Positions 9,854 through 21,725 are shown, counted from the first letter of the stretch. The stretch is 64,000 bases of DNA from an uncultured Lentimicrobiaceae bacterium (GCA_964628285.1 CAZVNP010000006.1:20265-84264); one strand, 5' to 3'. The notes: generated from the letters alone by a model not told the origin. A program made the numbers and translations.

Positions 9854-10528
9854 TCAATGCGGGCGTTGTGCCATAAGCGCTTCTGCCAGCACCAGATCCT
9901 GAGGTGTGGTGATCTTTATGTTTTCCGTATCTCCCTCCACCAGACGAATGGTGACGCCCAGGGTCTCGAGCACGGTGGCGTCATCAGTGAATCCTTCACG
10001 GTCATCCTGATCATAGGCTTGCTTTATTAATGTGGAGAGAAAAACCTGCGGTGTCTGAATAATGCGGAACAGATCTCTGTTGACCGGATGATTTGAATTC
10101 TTGTTGAGTTTCCTAAGGGATTCATAACAGGGCAGGGCGGGAACGGCATGACCATGAGCTTCGGCAGCATCAAACAATCTGCAAACGGTCTCACTTCTGA
10201 CCAGGGGGCGGACCCCGTCATGAATGCCGACCAGCACACCGTCATCCACCCTGCGAAGGGCGTTCTTCACTGATTGAAAACGCGTCGGCCCGCCCGCGAC
10301 AAGCTCATGGGCGACATGACAGCGGTATCTCCTGCTCAGCTGTTCCCAGGTGGTGAACATATCTGGCGGCAGAACCAGAAGAACGCGGATGTTGCTGAAG
10401 GTTGTACCGAAGATATCAAGGGTATGCATAAGCAAGGGCTTGCCCGCAAGGAGAACGAATTGCTTGGGTATCCCGGCGTTCATCCTTTCCCCTCGACCAC
10501 CGGCAGCGATGATGATGCATTTATCCAA
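9854..10528 (-). CDS. ispD: 2-C-methyl-D-erythritol 4-phosphate cytidylyltransferase
   Basis: 224 aa. IIAAGGRGERM...PKQF signature at the N-terminus. Confidence 0.9.
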   Translation of the reverse strand: MDKCIIIAAGGRGERMNAGIPKQFVLLAGKPLLMHTLDIFGTTFSNIRVLLVLPPDMFTTWEQLSRRYRCHVAHELVAGGPTRFQSVKNALRRVDDGVLVGIHDGVRPLVRSETVCRLFDAAEAHGHAVPALPCYESLRKLNKNSNHPVNRDLFRIIQTPQVFLSTLIKQAYDQDDREGFTDDATVLETLGVTIRLVEGDTENIKITTPQDLVLAEALMAQRPH

Positions 10529-10553
10529 AGCCGTCGTATTTAGGGCTGCATGC

Positions 10554-11609
10554 TCATAGTATCAGCATGGCATCACCGAAAGTGAAGAACTTATATTTCT
10601 GATCCACCGCCTCCTTGTAAGCATTCATGATAAACTCATAACCGCCGAAAGCACACCCCTGCATGAGCATAGGCGATAACGGGAGATGGAAGTTGGTGAT
10701 CAACGCCGTGGCGATACTGAATTCGTAAGGCGGGAAGATGAAGCGGTTGGACCATCCCGAAAAAGGCTTGAGTTGCCCCGAGATGGAGACCGATGACTCA
10801 ATGGCTTTCATGGTAGTGGTCCCCACCGCACAAATGTTCTTCTTGCGTTCCTTGGCCTTATTGACAATGTTGGCGGTCTCCTCGCTGATATAAACCTCCT
10901 CGGAGTCGGTTTTATGTTTGGTGAGATCTTCGACATCAATGGTGCGAAAGTTACCGATGCCGGCATGGAGGGTGATCTCGGCAAAGGTGACACCTTTCAG
11001 TTCCAGCCGTTTCATCAGTTCACGGCTGAAATGCATGCCCGCCGTGGGAGCGGCCACGGCCCCTTCCTTTTTGGCGTAAATAGTCTGGTATCTCTCCCTG
11101 TCTTCAGGTTCAATCTCACGTATCTTCTGTATCTCCGCCGGCAGCGGGGTCTTGCCTAAACGCTGGATGGTTTTTTTGAATTCGTCGTAGGGACCGTCGA
11201 ACAGGAAACGCAATGTCCGGCCTCGTGACGTCGTGTTGTCGATGACTTCTGCAACCAGTGCATCATCCTCACCGAAGTATAGTTTGTTGCCGATCCTTAT
11301 TTTCCTGGCCGGATCAACGAGAACATCCCACAAGCGCGATTCCTTATTCAGTTCACGTAAAAGAAAGACCGTGATTTTGGCACCGGTTTTTTCTTTCTCT
11401 CCCATCAGCAAAGCGGGAAACACCTTCGTATTGTTGATAAGAAAGACGTCACCTTCATCGAAATATTCCAGCACATTCCGGAAATGCTTGTGCTCTATGG
11501 CCTGGGTTTTCCGGTGGAGAACCATCAACCTCGATTCGTCCCTCTGTTCAGGCGGACGATCGGCTATTAAGCCTGAGGGTAAATGAAACCTGAACTGAGA
11601 TAGTTTCAT
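10554..11609 (-). CDS. queA: S-adenosylmethionine:tRNA ribosyltransferase-isomerase
   Basis: 351 aa. N-terminus [31 protein letters not shown] and an overall QueA pattern. Confidence 0.93.
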   Translation of the reverse strand: MKLSQFRFHLPSGLIADRPPEQRDESRLMVLHRKTQAIEHKHFRNVLEYFDEGDVFLINNTKVFPALLMGEKEKTGAKITVFLLRELNKESRLWDVLVDPARKIRIGNKLYFGEDDALVAEVIDNTTSRGRTLRFLFDGPYDEFKKTIQRLGKTPLPAEIQKIREIEPEDRERYQTIYAKKEGAVAAPTAGMHFSRELMKRLELKGVTFAEITLHAGIGNFRTIDVEDLTKHKTDSEEVYISEETANIVNKAKERKKNICAVGTTTMKAIESSVSISGQLKPFSGWSNRFIFPPYEFSIATALITNFHLPLSPMLMQGCAFGGYEFIMNAYKEAVDQKYKFFTFGDAMLIL

Positions 11610-11816
11610 GGAAATATTTTAGAACTTCTAATTTATTAAAATTTACAAAGTTAATGATTTTTTAGCCAAAAATCAATATGAGCGATATAAAAATATTAAC
11701 AATCTTGTTTTGATCCCCGGATAAAAAATGCAAAAATTTCATCCTTAATTACTATCACTATATAGTGAAGTTTTAACGTATTAGGGATAAAAATGTTTTA
11801 AGAAAAAAAGGTTACA

Positions 11817-12527
11817 TTATAATTGAGCGAGGACAGCCTGTTTAAATTCATCTATTCCGTGGGCATCTTGCAACCGGTAATTCCCGATGGATGTTCTGGT
11901 CAGTGAGGCGAGATAGGCTCCGCATGAAAGTCTGTGACCGAAGTCATGGACCAGCGAACGGATATAGGTCCCTTTGCTGCATTCAACGATGAAGTCGACG
12001 GTGGGCATGTCGATGTTGATGAATTCAAATCTTTTTATGGTGACCTGCCGGGGTGTAAGCGCCACTTTGATATTTTTTCGTGCATAGCTGTAGGCCGGTT
12101 TGCCTGCCACTTTTAACGCGGAATACACCGGGGGGATCTGATCGATGGTGCCGATAAATGATTGCCGTGCTTTCTCGAGAAGTGCCGGTGTGATATGGCC
12201 AATGGGGTAATGATGATCGGGTTCACTATCGCCATCATACGTGGGTGTGGACGCTCCCAGCATCAGCGTTCCGTTGTATGTCTTGTCCAATGCTGCAAAT
12301 TCGCTGATCCGTTTTGTCGCTTTTCCGGTACACACGATCAATAAACCCGTTGCCATCGGATCAAGTGTGCCGGCGTGACCGACCCTGATCTTTTTAACAC
12401 CTGAAACCTGACAGATAAAGTTGCGGAGGTGCCTGACCACTGCAAATGAAGTCCACCCCGGCGGTTTATCGATCAAAAGGATCTCACCGTTAACAAAATC
12501 AAATTTCCTGTCGGCAGGCAGTTCCAT
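11817..12527 (-). CDS. truB: tRNA pseudouridine(55) synthase
   Basis: 236 aa. Catalytic-Asp motif GHAGTLDPMATGLL. Confidence 0.92.
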   Translation of the reverse strand: MELPADRKFDFVNGEILLIDKPPGWTSFAVVRHLRNFICQVSGVKKIRVGHAGTLDPMATGLLIVCTGKATKRISEFAALDKTYNGTLMLGASTPTYDGDSEPDHHYPIGHITPALLEKARQSFIGTIDQIPPVYSALKVAGKPAYSYARKNIKVALTPRQVTIKRFEFINIDMPTVDFIVECSKGTYIRSLVHDFGHRLSCGAYLASLTRTSIGNYRLQDAHGIDEFKQAVLAQL

Positions 12528-12554
12528 GATATATATACCGGTATTCTTAACAGG

Positions 12555-13340
12555 TTATAATGAGATGACCACAACCACTAGACCTATGATCAGGCAGTAG
12601 ATGGCGAAATAGATCAGTTTACCTTTCTTGACGATCCGTATCATCCAGCGGCATGCCAGCAGGCCGCTGATAAAAGCGGCTATGAATCCTATGACCAGTG
12701 GTAAAAAGCCTATGCTTCCCGTTGTCATGCCCCGGTGACGCCAGATCTCCATCAGGTTGGCACCGATCACAGGTATGAGCACCATCAGGAATGAAAAACG
12801 GGTCACTTCTTCCCTTTTGTCACCCAGCAACAATCCCGTTGAGATGGTGGCTCCCGACCGTGACAGCCCCGGCAGCACGGCAACGGCCTGGGCTATGCCG
12901 ATGATCAGGGCATCCGGATAGGAGATGCTTCTTTTTCCGGGCTTATGAATGTGAGCCAGTACCAGCAAAAGAGCGGTCACCAGAAGCATGACACCCACAA
13001 AAAGGACATTGCCGGTGAACAGGCTCTCAATCCGGTCGGAGAAGAAAAATCCTGCGATAATAACGGGTATCATGGAAAACAAAAGTTTGAGGACGGTTGT
13101 GCTTTGCTCATCGCGGCGGAAAGTGAAGAATGATTGGGCCAGTGACAGGATGTCACGGTAAAAGACGACGATCGTGCTGAGAACGGTGGCTCCGTGAACG
13201 GCAACGGTGAAGGTCAGGTTTTCTTCGAGCTTCGTTCCCAGAAGGACTTCTCCCAATTCGAGATGACCGCTGCTACTGACAGGAAGAAACTCAGTAAGCC
13301 CCTGTATCAAACCCAGGATAAGTGCCGCTAACCAATTCAT
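12555..13340 (-). CDS. uppP: undecaprenyl-diphosphate phosphatase
   Basis: 261 aa polytopic membrane protein. BacA motif LTEFLPVSSSGHL. Confidence 0.92.
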   Translation of the reverse strand: MNWLAALILGLIQGLTEFLPVSSSGHLELGEVLLGTKLEENLTFTVAVHGATVLSTIVVFYRDILSLAQSFFTFRRDEQSTTVLKLLFSMIPVIIAGFFFSDRIESLFTGNVLFVGVMLLVTALLLVLAHIHKPGKRSISYPDALIIGIAQAVAVLPGLSRSGATISTGLLLGDKREEVTRFSFLMVLIPVIGANLMEIWRHRGMTTGSIGFLPLVIGFIAAFISGLLACRWMIRIVKKGKLIYFAIYCLIIGLVVVVISL

Positions 13341-13358
13341 TTATCCCTTTGTTGCTGA

Positions 13359-13640
13359 CTAATCCCGTGGTTTTCTGATAATGGCATACAGATCGATCAT
13401 GTAACCCAATAAAATCAAGATGGGGGCCAGCGTGATACGGCGGGGACTGAAAATTTTCTCATTGAAGACATTGGGATCTTTCGATCCGCCACCGATCATC
13501 AGGAGAAATCCGATGAAGATCAAAGCCAGTCCGATGACAATGATCAGATAATTCTGCTTTTCAAGCGCAAATTCAACCGGTTTGGATTCAGCAGCTTTGG
13601 GTTTATTGGTGACAGCCGGATTGCCTTTTTTTTGTTTCAT
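13359..13640 (-). CDS. small two-TM membrane protein (DUF3098-like)
   Basis: 93 aa. Basic N-terminus followed by two hydrophobic helices. It sits between ftsX and uppP, as in other Bacteroidota (from memory). Confidence 0.6.
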   Translation of the reverse strand: MKQKKGNPAVTNKPKAAESKPVEFALEKQNYLIIVIGLALIFIGFLLMIGGGSKDPNVFNEKIFSPRRITLAPILILLGYMIDLYAIIRKPRD

Positions 13641-13644
13641 GGAA

Positions 13645-14523
13645 TTAATAATATAATTTATCAGTATTTATCCTTAAATACTTCATAACGGCTAAATAAG
13701 TCGATATCCACGTGAATATTATCCCAAGAATAACCACCAGGGCGAACAAAGTTAAAAATAATTTGTAATCCTGTAATTCAATCAGCTCGGGTAATTGTTT
13801 CTGCACTATATAAAGGAGACCTGTCAGTAGCATGATAGCCACCAGCGCCGCAAACATTCCCTGGATGACACCGCGAATGAGAAAGGGTTTACGTATAAAG
13901 CCCTGGGTGGCTCCCACCAGCTGCATGCTCCTGATAAGAAATCTCCTGGAATACACCGACAACCGGATGGTGTTGTTGATCAGTGCGATGGCAATAATTA
14001 ACAGCAGCGCACTGAATCCCAGGATGAAAAAACTGATCTTCTTCAGATTTTCATTCACGATGTTGACCAGTGATTTTTGATAAAAGACCTCCTTGACACT
14101 GTTGTCGGACAACAACACCTGTTCGATCTTCTGAATGCTGTCGTTATTGGCATAACTGGCTTTCAAATACACGTCGATGGAAGGTAAAAGGGGGTTGTAT
14201 CCCAGGAAGGAAATGAAGTCCTCACCCAGGTCCTTTTGAAGCATCTCCGCAGCCTTCTCTTTCGTGATGTACTCGGTGCTCTTCACATAAGGTGAAATGT
14301 CAAGCCTTTTTTGAAATTCGAGGATGCGGGTTTCCTTCACATCATTTTTCATGATGACGGATAGGCTGATATTTTCCTTGACATAATCGGAGAGTTTCCT
14401 TGCGTGAAGAATGATCAATCCCAATAAACCCAACATAAAGAGGACCAGGGAGATGCTGATAACGGTGGTCACATAGGATGTTTTCAGCCTGCGGCGATGA
14501 TATTTTTCTTCAAACCCTGGCAT
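13645..14523 (-). CDS. ftsX: cell division protein FtsX-like permease
   Basis: 292 aa. N-terminal TM, large extracytoplasmic loop, three C-terminal TMs. Confidence 0.85.
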   Translation of the reverse strand: MPGFEEKYHRRRLKTSYVTTVISISLVLFMLGLLGLIILHARKLSDYVKENISLSVIMKNDVKETRILEFQKRLDISPYVKSTEYITKEKAAEMLQKDLGEDFISFLGYNPLLPSIDVYLKASYANNDSIQKIEQVLLSDNSVKEVFYQKSLVNIVNENLKKISFFILGFSALLLIIAIALINNTIRLSVYSRRFLIRSMQLVGATQGFIRKPFLIRGVIQGMFAALVAIMLLTGLLYIVQKQLPELIELQDYKLFLTLFALVVILGIIFTWISTYLAVMKYLRINTDKLYY

Positions 14524-14724
14524 GTATTGAAACAGTCATGCGAAAATACGCATTTTTATATTAACGGTGATCCGACATCCGGTTTGCGTGACAGTTATTT
14601 CCATGCGATAACGGACTTGCTGCTCCGGCTCAATGATCAAACGGCGCTGAAGGGAAATGGCATCCGATTGACATGTTTTTACTAACTTCGCAGGCTATAA
14701 TGGCAAAACCTATTTTCAGGCATA

Positions 14725-17508
14725 ATGGAGTATAATTTTTCTGAGATAGAGAGAAAATGGCAGCGTTTCTGGGGTGAGCATAAAACGTTCAAAACAGACA
14801 TTGACCGGGGTAAACCGAAATATTACGTGCTGGATATGTTTCCCTATCCCTCGGGTGCGGGTCTGCATGTGGGTCACCCTCTGGGATACATAGCCTCCGA
14901 TATTTACAGCCGTTACCAGCGGCTGAAGGGCTTCAATGTCTTGCATCCTATGGGCTTTGATGCTTTCGGTCTGCCGGCCGAGCAATATGCCATCCAAACG
15001 GGCACCCATCCTGCCGTCACCACGGCAAAGAACATCATCCGTTACCGTGAACAGCTTGATAAGATAGGCTTCTCATTCGACTGGGACAGGGAGGTGTGTA
15101 CCAGTGACCCCTCCTATTATAAGTGGACCCAGTGGACCTTCATAAAAATGTTTGAATCATGGTACAATAATAAAACGAACAGGGCTGAGCCTGTTGCCAC
15201 CCTGATCAGCATTTTTAAGCATGAGGGCAACCTGACCGTTGATGCGGCATGCGACCGTCACCGGTCCTTCACGGCAGTGCAATGGCGTGGGATGAGCGAA
15301 AAAGAACAACGTGACATATTGATGCATTACCGTCTGGCCTATCTTTCGGAGACGATGGTGAACTGGTGTCCGGCACTGGGGACGGTCCTCGCCAACGATG
15401 AAGTCAAGGACGGCTTCTCGGAACGTGGCGGATACCCCGTGGAGCGTAAGATGATGAAACAATGGTTCCTGCGTATCACCGCTTATGCCCAGCGACTCCT
15501 CGACGGCCTGGAAACGATCGACTGGTTTGAGTCACTCAAGGAGGTACAACGCAACTGGATAGGGCGTTCGGAGGGAGCCGCCGTCTATTTCAGGATCAAG
15601 GGCACGGAGGAGACCCTGGAGGTGTTCACCACCAGACCCGATACCCTGTGGGGCGCTACGTTTATGGTGCTGGCACCTGAACATGAGCTGATCGGTACGA
15701 TCACCACCCCTGACTGTCTTCAGGCCGTCAATGATTATATAGCCTGGGCTAAGAACCGCCCCGAGAGGGAGCGGCTGGCAGAAGTGAAAAAAATGACGGG
15801 TGAGTTTACGGGCGCTTATGGCATCAACCCTGTCAATGACGAGCCCATACCCATCTGGGTGGCCGATTATGTTCTGGCGGGCTATGGCACGGGCGCCATC
15901 ATGGCCGTGCCGGCCCACGACAGCCGCGATTTCGTCTTTGCACGGCATTTTTCATTACCCATCCTCCAGGTTATCCTGCGTCCCGGTGAAACACCTTCCG
16001 ATCCCATGACCTGGTCAGAATCGTTCGATGCCAGGGAAGGCACCATGATCCATTCGGGTTTTATCACGGGCATGCCCGTGAATGATGCCATTAAAACCAT
16101 CACACGGTGGCTCGAAGAAAAGAAACTGGGATATGGTACCGTGAATTACCGTATCAGGGATGCTATTTTCAGCCGCCAGAGATACTGGGGGGAGCCCTTT
16201 CCAATTTATTACAAGGATGGCATCCCTTACCCCCTCGATGAAATAGAGCTGCCTTTGGAGCTGCCGGAGGTGGATAAATACCTGCCCACCGATACCGGTG
16301 AGCCACCGCTGGCGCGCGCTAAAAACTGGATGACAAAGGAAGGTTATCCCCTCGAGACCAATACCATGCCCGGCTTCGCCGGCTCCAGCGGGTATTATCT
16401 GAGGTATATGGATCCCCGTAACGACGGTGAATATTTTTCACGGGAAGCCAACCTATACTGGCAGGACGTGGATCTTTACATCGGTGGCGATGAACATGGA
16501 ACCGGTCACCTGATATATTCCCGGTTCTGGAATAAGTTCCTATATGACATCGGTCTGGTGTGCAAGGATGAGCCCTTTAAAAAGCTCATCAACCAGGGCA
16601 AGATACAGGGCCGCTCCAATTTTGTGTACCGCATCAAGGGAACCAATACATTCGTTTCATATAACCTCAGGGAGGCCTATGATACGGTGAAGCTCCATGT
16701 GGATATCAACATCGTTAATGATGATGTGCTCGATGTGGATGCTTTCCGGCAATGGCAGCCTGACTATAAGGATGCCGAGTTTATCCTGGAAGACGGTCGT
16801 TACATCTGTGGCTGGGAAATTGAAAAAATGTCAAAGTCAAAGCATAACGTCCAGAATCCTGATGACCTGATAAGGAAATATGGCGCCGACACCCTGCGGC
16901 TTTATGAAATGTTCCTTGGCCCGCTGGAGTATCACAAACCATGGGATATAAAAGGTATAGAAGGGGTATTCAGGTTTATGAAGAAGATGTGGCGTTTGTT
17001 TCACGATGATAACGATCATTTTTCGGTGTCGGATGACGAGCCTTCAATGCAGGAGTTAAAGATACTGCATAAAACCATAAAAAAAGTTGAAGACGACATC
17101 CGGCGGTTTTCATTCAATACGGTTGTGAGCAGTTACATGATATGCGTCAATGAATTGTCGGATATCAGATGCAATAAGCGGGCTGTACTTGAACCGCTGG
17201 TCATTCTGGTATCACCTTATGCCCCTCATGTCGCCGAGGAGCTGTGGCAGCTGCTCGGCCATCACGAAAGCATCTCCTTTGCGTCGTTTCCGGCGTATAA
17301 TGACGAGTACCTGAAGGAAACAACGGTTACCTATGCGGTCTCATTCAACGGCAAGCTCCGCTTTACTCTCGAGTTGCCTGTGGACATGATGAAGGACGAA
17401 ATAGAGAAAACGGTGCTGGCAGCCGAACAGTCGCAGAAATGGCTTCAGGGAAAACAACCCAGGAAAGTGATTGTGGTGACGGGAAAGATCATCAATGTCG
17501 TTGTGTGA
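14725..17508 (+). CDS. leuS: leucine--tRNA ligase
   Basis: 927 aa. HIGH-type HVGHPLGY and KMSKSK motifs. Confidence 0.96.
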   Translation: MEYNFSEIERKWQRFWGEHKTFKTDIDRGKPKYYVLDMFPYPSGAGLHVGHPLGYIASDIYSRYQRLKGFNVLHPMGFDAFGLPAEQYAIQTGTHPAVTTAKNIIRYREQLDKIGFSFDWDREVCTSDPSYYKWTQWTFIKMFESWYNNKTNRAEPVATLISIFKHEGNLTVDAACDRHRSFTAVQWRGMSEKEQRDILMHYRLAYLSETMVNWCPALGTVLANDEVKDGFSERGGYPVERKMMKQWFLRITAYAQRLLDGLETIDWFESLKEVQRNWIGRSEGAAVYFRIKGTEETLEVFTTRPDTLWGATFMVLAPEHELIGTITTPDCLQAVNDYIAWAKNRPERERLAEVKKMTGEFTGAYGINPVNDEPIPIWVADYVLAGYGTGAIMAVPAHDSRDFVFARHFSLPILQVILRPGETPSDPMTWSESFDAREGTMIHSGFITGMPVNDAIKTITRWLEEKKLGYGTVNYRIRDAIFSRQRYWGEPFPIYYKDGIPYPLDEIELPLELPEVDKYLPTDTGEPPLARAKNWMTKEGYPLETNTMPGFAGSSGYYLRYMDPRNDGEYFSREANLYWQDVDLYIGGDEHGTGHLIYSRFWNKFLYDIGLVCKDEPFKKLINQGKIQGRSNFVYRIKGTNTFVSYNLREAYDTVKLHVDINIVNDDVLDVDAFRQWQPDYKDAEFILEDGRYICGWEIEKMSKSKHNVQNPDDLIRKYGADTLRLYEMFLGPLEYHKPWDIKGIEGVFRFMKKMWRLFHDDNDHFSVSDDEPSMQELKILHKTIKKVEDDIRRFSFNTVVSSYMICVNELSDIRCNKRAVLEPLVILVSPYAPHVAEELWQLLGHHESISFASFPAYNDEYLKETTVTYAVSFNGKLRFTLELPVDMMKDEIEKTVLAAEQSQKWLQGKQPRKVIVVTGKIINVVV

Positions 17509-17636
17509 TACCACGGGGATAGGACTGAGGTCCGAGATGGCTGAATTATTATCATGATCTGATTTTATCATGCTGCCGTAAATAAATTTCGTGAATTGGT
17601 TGTTTATGTTGTAAAGGTTATTCCTAATACCAGGTT

Positions 17637-20261
17637 ATGAGAGGCCCCATAACCCTTAAGCCTTTATTTCGTTTCTTAAAAGAGCGGAGCCTGTCGTTCA
17701 CTCACGGGAACGGTAAACTGGTGGCTCAAGTCATCCTGACCCTTTTTTTCATTGCCTTAGGTATCTGGTTCATCAAGCAGGAGCATGGTGAGCTGCACCA
17801 GGTAAAACATTTATTGTTAACTGCCAAATGGCAGTTTGTTTTGGTGGGCGGCGCCGTCACGCTTTTATACATTATTTTGCAGGGATTGATGTATGTGGCC
17901 TCCTTTGCCGGCATCGGGTGCCGGGTGTCGCTGTGGTCGGCGGTCATTCTTTTCCTGAAAAGGAATTTTATCAGTGTGTTCCTGCCTGCCGGAGGCGTTT
18001 CTTCGCTGGCTTTTTTCACCAGGGATATCGAAAAAAAAGGCATCACAAAAACCCAGATACACTTTGCTTCATCCATCTATGCCTTTATCGGGATTCTTTC
18101 TGTGGTACTGGTCGCCCTGCCGGCCTTTTTTTATGCCCTGGTCAGGGGCAGCATCGGCTCGGGCGAGATCGTCGCTCTGGCCGGGGTGGTGGTGCTCATC
18201 ATCCTACTTTATCTGGTATACCGCTCGATCATGCATAAAGGCCTTTTCTTCCGGTGGATGATCAGGCTGCTGCCTATACTGGAGGTCTTCTTCGAAGACC
18301 TGCGGAACAATAAAATAAACAGGAAGCAATTTGTCATCACCATTATTTATTCCCTTTTCATTGACCTCTCAGGCATAGGCCTCCTTTACACCGCCATGAT
18401 GGCCATGAAGGTTAACCCCTCCCTGTACGCTGCCGCCATGGGTTATATCATCTCGGTCGTCTTTCTGATCATTTCACCTTTTTTAAGGGGACTGGGGGCG
18501 ATAGAGGTGTCAATGGCTTACATTTTAATACGTTTTGGTTACAGCAAGGCCAATGCCATCGCCATCACCCTGCTGTACCGTTCCTTTGAGTTCTGGCTGC
18601 CCCTGTTCGCCGGTGCCGTCAGTTTTCTGTTAAAGATAAACAGGTTATTGATGCGTGTGGTCCCTGCCCTGTTCCTCTTTCTCCTTGGCATCATCAATAT
18701 CATTTCGGTGCTGACACCTGCCATAGCGGATCGGGTTCACCGGCTGCAGCATTTCTTACCTGTTGACGCCATTAACGCCTCCAATTATTTTGTTCTGTTT
18801 GCCGGTTTATTCTTACTGGTTACGGCTGCATTCATGCTGAAAGGGCTGCGGACGGCATGGTGGTTTGCTCTTTTTTTAAGTGTCTTGTCTCTGGTAGGTA
18901 ATCTCACAAAAGCCATCGATTATGAGGAAGGCATCGTGGCCATGGTGGTCATTGTCATTTTATTTTTTACCAGGAAGGAATATTACATACGGAACAATCC
19001 CAAATTGCGGTACATCGGGCTGCAGTCAGCACTGCTCAGCGTGGTGGCTGTGCTGGTATACGGAACGGTGGGTTTTTATTTCCTCGATAAACGCCATTTC
19101 AACATCGATTTCAGCTTGTTGCAATCGATCAAATACACCGTCCTGAACTATCTGATGATGGGCAGCACCGAAATAACACCTGTCGATAAATTCGCCAGGT
19201 ATTTTCTGACATCCATAAACATCAGTGGCTTGCTGTCGCTTTCATTTCTTATTTATACCCTTATACGTCCCTATGTGTTAAAATACACCTCTTCGCCCGA
19301 TGAGATGGAGCGAGCCAGGAAGCTGGTCGTGGAGTTCGGGCAGTCCAGCCTAGATTATTTCAAGACCTATAACGATAAGCAGATATATTCACCTCCCGAT
19401 ATCAATGGTTTCATCGCGTACCGTGTGTCGGGAAATTTTGCCATGGTTCTGGAGGACCCTGTCGCTGAGAACACCGATCAGATGAGGAAATGCATCGAAT
19501 CATTCGACGAGTATTGCCATGAGAACGGGATTAAAAGCATTTATTACCGGGTGCCGGAGGAAAGTCTGCCCATATACCAGGTTTTCGGGAAGAAGAATTT
19601 ATTCCTCGGACAGGAGGCCGTTGTCGACCTGACCATCTTCACTATTGAAGGCCGTGACCGTAAGACCTTGCGCCACGCCGTCAACCAGATCAGGGAAAAG
19701 GGGTACGGCTCAACCGTTCATGTCCCGCCAGTCAAAGACGGGGACCTGCAAAAGATTAAAGCCGTTTCGGACGAATGGCTCAAAACAACCGGACGCAGCG
19801 AGATCGTTTTTTCACAGGGCAGGTTTGACTGGGATGAGCTGAAGCAACAAACCGTCATCACCGTTGAAAACCCAGAAGAAAAAGTGGTCGCTTTCCTGAA
19901 CATCATCCCCGATTATGCTCATGATGAAGCCACCTATGATCTGATACGCAAGACCGCCGATGCGCCACATAACACCATGGAATTCATCCTCATAGAGTTA
20001 TGTCTTTATCTTCAGAAGCAAAAGTGTCATTACCTCAATCTTGGTTTTGCACCTCTCTCGGGGATTTACGATCCCCGGTCTTTTCCTGAGAAGTCGATCA
20101 GGTTTGCCTATGAGAAACTGCGGGCTTTGTCACATTACAAGGGTCTGCGTGAGTTCAAGGAACGATTTTTTCCCTCCTGGCATAATAAATTTCTCATTTA
20201 CGATAATGACTATGATTTGCTGCAGGTGCCGGGGGCCCTGAACAGGGTCATTAAACCTTAA
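17637..20261 (+). CDS. mprF: bifunctional aminoacyl-phosphatidylglycerol flippase/synthase (MprF family)
   Basis: 874 aa. About 500 aa of repeated TM helices are followed by a soluble C-terminal domain of the lysyl/alanyl-PG synthase (DUF2156) type. Confidence 0.85.
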   Translation: MRGPITLKPLFRFLKERSLSFTHGNGKLVAQVILTLFFIALGIWFIKQEHGELHQVKHLLLTAKWQFVLVGGAVTLLYIILQGLMYVASFAGIGCRVSLWSAVILFLKRNFISVFLPAGGVSSLAFFTRDIEKKGITKTQIHFASSIYAFIGILSVVLVALPAFFYALVRGSIGSGEIVALAGVVVLIILLYLVYRSIMHKGLFFRWMIRLLPILEVFFEDLRNNKINRKQFVITIIYSLFIDLSGIGLLYTAMMAMKVNPSLYAAAMGYIISVVFLIISPFLRGLGAIEVSMAYILIRFGYSKANAIAITLLYRSFEFWLPLFAGAVSFLLKINRLLMRVVPALFLFLLGIINIISVLTPAIADRVHRLQHFLPVDAINASNYFVLFAGLFLLVTAAFMLKGLRTAWWFALFLSVLSLVGNLTKAIDYEEGIVAMVVIVILFFTRKEYYIRNNPKLRYIGLQSALLSVVAVLVYGTVGFYFLDKRHFNIDFSLLQSIKYTVLNYLMMGSTEITPVDKFARYFLTSINISGLLSLSFLIYTLIRPYVLKYTSSPDEMERARKLVVEFGQSSLDYFKTYNDKQIYSPPDINGFIAYRVSGNFAMVLEDPVAENTDQMRKCIESFDEYCHENGIKSIYYRVPEESLPIYQVFGKKNLFLGQEAVVDLTIFTIEGRDRKTLRHAVNQIREKGYGSTVHVPPVKDGDLQKIKAVSDEWLKTTGRSEIVFSQGRFDWDELKQQTVITVENPEEKVVAFLNIIPDYAHDEATYDLIRKTADAPHNTMEFILIELCLYLQKQKCHYLNLGFAPLSGIYDPRSFPEKSIRFAYEKLRALSHYKGLREFKERFFPSWHNKFLIYDNDYDLLQVPGALNRVIKP

Positions 20262-20264
20262 TAT

Positions 20265-21149
20265 TTGACGTTTATGAGCAGATGGTGGATGTTAATTTCA
20301 GTCACGTTGGCTTTTCCGTTTCAATCGTACGCCTCTTTTACCGTCAACACGATAGGCTATGGGCCGTTCGGCAAGGTGGGGCATGGCTTTGCAGCGCAGT
20401 CAAACTGGTTGCCGCAGTTTGTCACAGCCTATCAAAAAATCCTCAAGGCCCCTTCCTTTATAGAACGCGTCACATAACAGAATGCCATACCGCAGACCGA
20501 AAGTGGTCATTCTTATTCCGGTGATCTGCCCATATTTCTTATCCCCTCGGCTGACAGGGATACCTTGCCTCTGGCTTTTCTTATTTCAGGTGACGGCGGC
20601 TGGGGCAGCTTTGACCAAGGTCTGGCACAAAACCTGGCCGAACGAGGGATACCGGTAATCGGACTGGATGCCGTCAAATATTTCTGGTCCTATAAAACAC
20701 CTGAAGAAACAACTTCCGATATTGCTCAAGCCTGTGCCTATTATATGCAGCTATGGAAGAGGTCATCACTGATCCTGGGCGGGTATTCCTTTGGGGCCGA
20801 TATTGTGCCTTTCGTGGCCGGCCTTTTCCCCGACACGCTTAAAAGTGCCCTCAGGGGCGTGTTTTCATTATCGCCCGATGAAAAGGCCGATTTTCAGATC
20901 CATGTGATCGATATGTTAAGTCTGGGAAGCTCGGAAGATACCTTTGACGTGGTGCGTGAAGTGAGGGAAATAGAATCCCTGCATCCCGTGTGTTTTTTCG
21001 GCGATGGTGAGAGTGAAACGGTCCGCGATAAGTTTGCCGCAACAGGCGCCGTCATCATCACCCTGCCCGGTAAACATCATTACAATAATAATGCGGCTGC
21101 CGTAACCGAAGCCATTGTCAATACCGTTTTAAAGAAACAGTCGAAATAA
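20265..21149 (+). pseudogene. VirJ/AcvB-like alpha/beta hydrolase interrupted by one in-frame TAA
   Basis: Track ORFs 20265-20477 and 20565-21149 are in the same frame and are separated only by TAA 20475-20477. The first ORF has a signal-peptide-like MSRWWMLISVTLAFPFQSYA from ATG 20274. The read-through text ...ERVT*QNAIPQTESGHSYSGDLPIFLIPSADRDTLPLAFLISGDGGWGSFD... runs smoothly into the VirJ core (SGDGGW, GYSFGAD, GKHHY). No in-frame ATG or GTG lies between the stop and TTG 20565. Confidence 0.6.
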
Positions 21150-21182
21150 CTGACAGTCTCATCATGCGATGATGATCAAGTT

Positions 21183-21674
21183 TTATAACTTCAGCTCATA
21201 GCGCTGCTCGGTGAGGTGCACACCCCATATCCGGTGTGTGATCTCCTCGGTGATCTTGAATCCCAGTTTCCGGTACAATTGTGCGGCAACACGCAGGATG
21301 TTGACCGTCCAGAAGAAAGCGGATGTATAACCATGTTCCCTTGAAAAGAGGATGGCTTCGGTCATCAGTTTCCTGCCGAGGCCGCTACCACGGTATTGCG
21401 GCAACACCAGCAGCCAGCGGAGCTGCGCCTGTAAATCGGAATGTGTGACGACGGCGATTGTCCCGATGATCTTCCCCTCGTCTTCAGCGATCCAAATTTG
21501 TTCACGGTCGGTATGCGACCTGGCAAACTCAGCGAGGGGAACGGCCACATACGTCTCGAAGCTGCTGTCGAAGTTGTATTCCTGCGAATACAGCAAGCCA
21601 TGCAGGTGAATGATATACCCCAGGTCACCGGGCCTGAGGTCATGGCGGAAGGTGATGCCGGAAGCTGCGCTCAT
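21183..21674 (-). CDS. GNAT family N-acetyltransferase
   Basis: 163 aa. Acetyl-CoA binding motif QYRGSGLGRKLM. Confidence 0.85.
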   Translation of the reverse strand: MSAASGITFRHDLRPGDLGYIIHLHGLLYSQEYNFDSSFETYVAVPLAEFARSHTDREQIWIAEDEGKIIGTIAVVTHSDLQAQLRWLLVLPQYRGSGLGRKLMTEAILFSREHGYTSAFFWTVNILRVAAQLYRKLGFKITEEITHRIWGVHLTEQRYELKL

Positions 21675-21725
21675 TCATTATGAATCATTCTTCAAATTTA
21701 CCCATTTTCCCATCATTCCACCAGT

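Noticed and set aside
20282-20524. Alternative-frame ORF (80 aa) spanning the virJ interruption, considered as a possible frameshift bridge.
   Set aside because: Its translation is Arg/Cys-rich with no VirJ similarity. The two VirJ-like pieces are already in the same frame and are separated by a single TAA, so no frameshift is needed.
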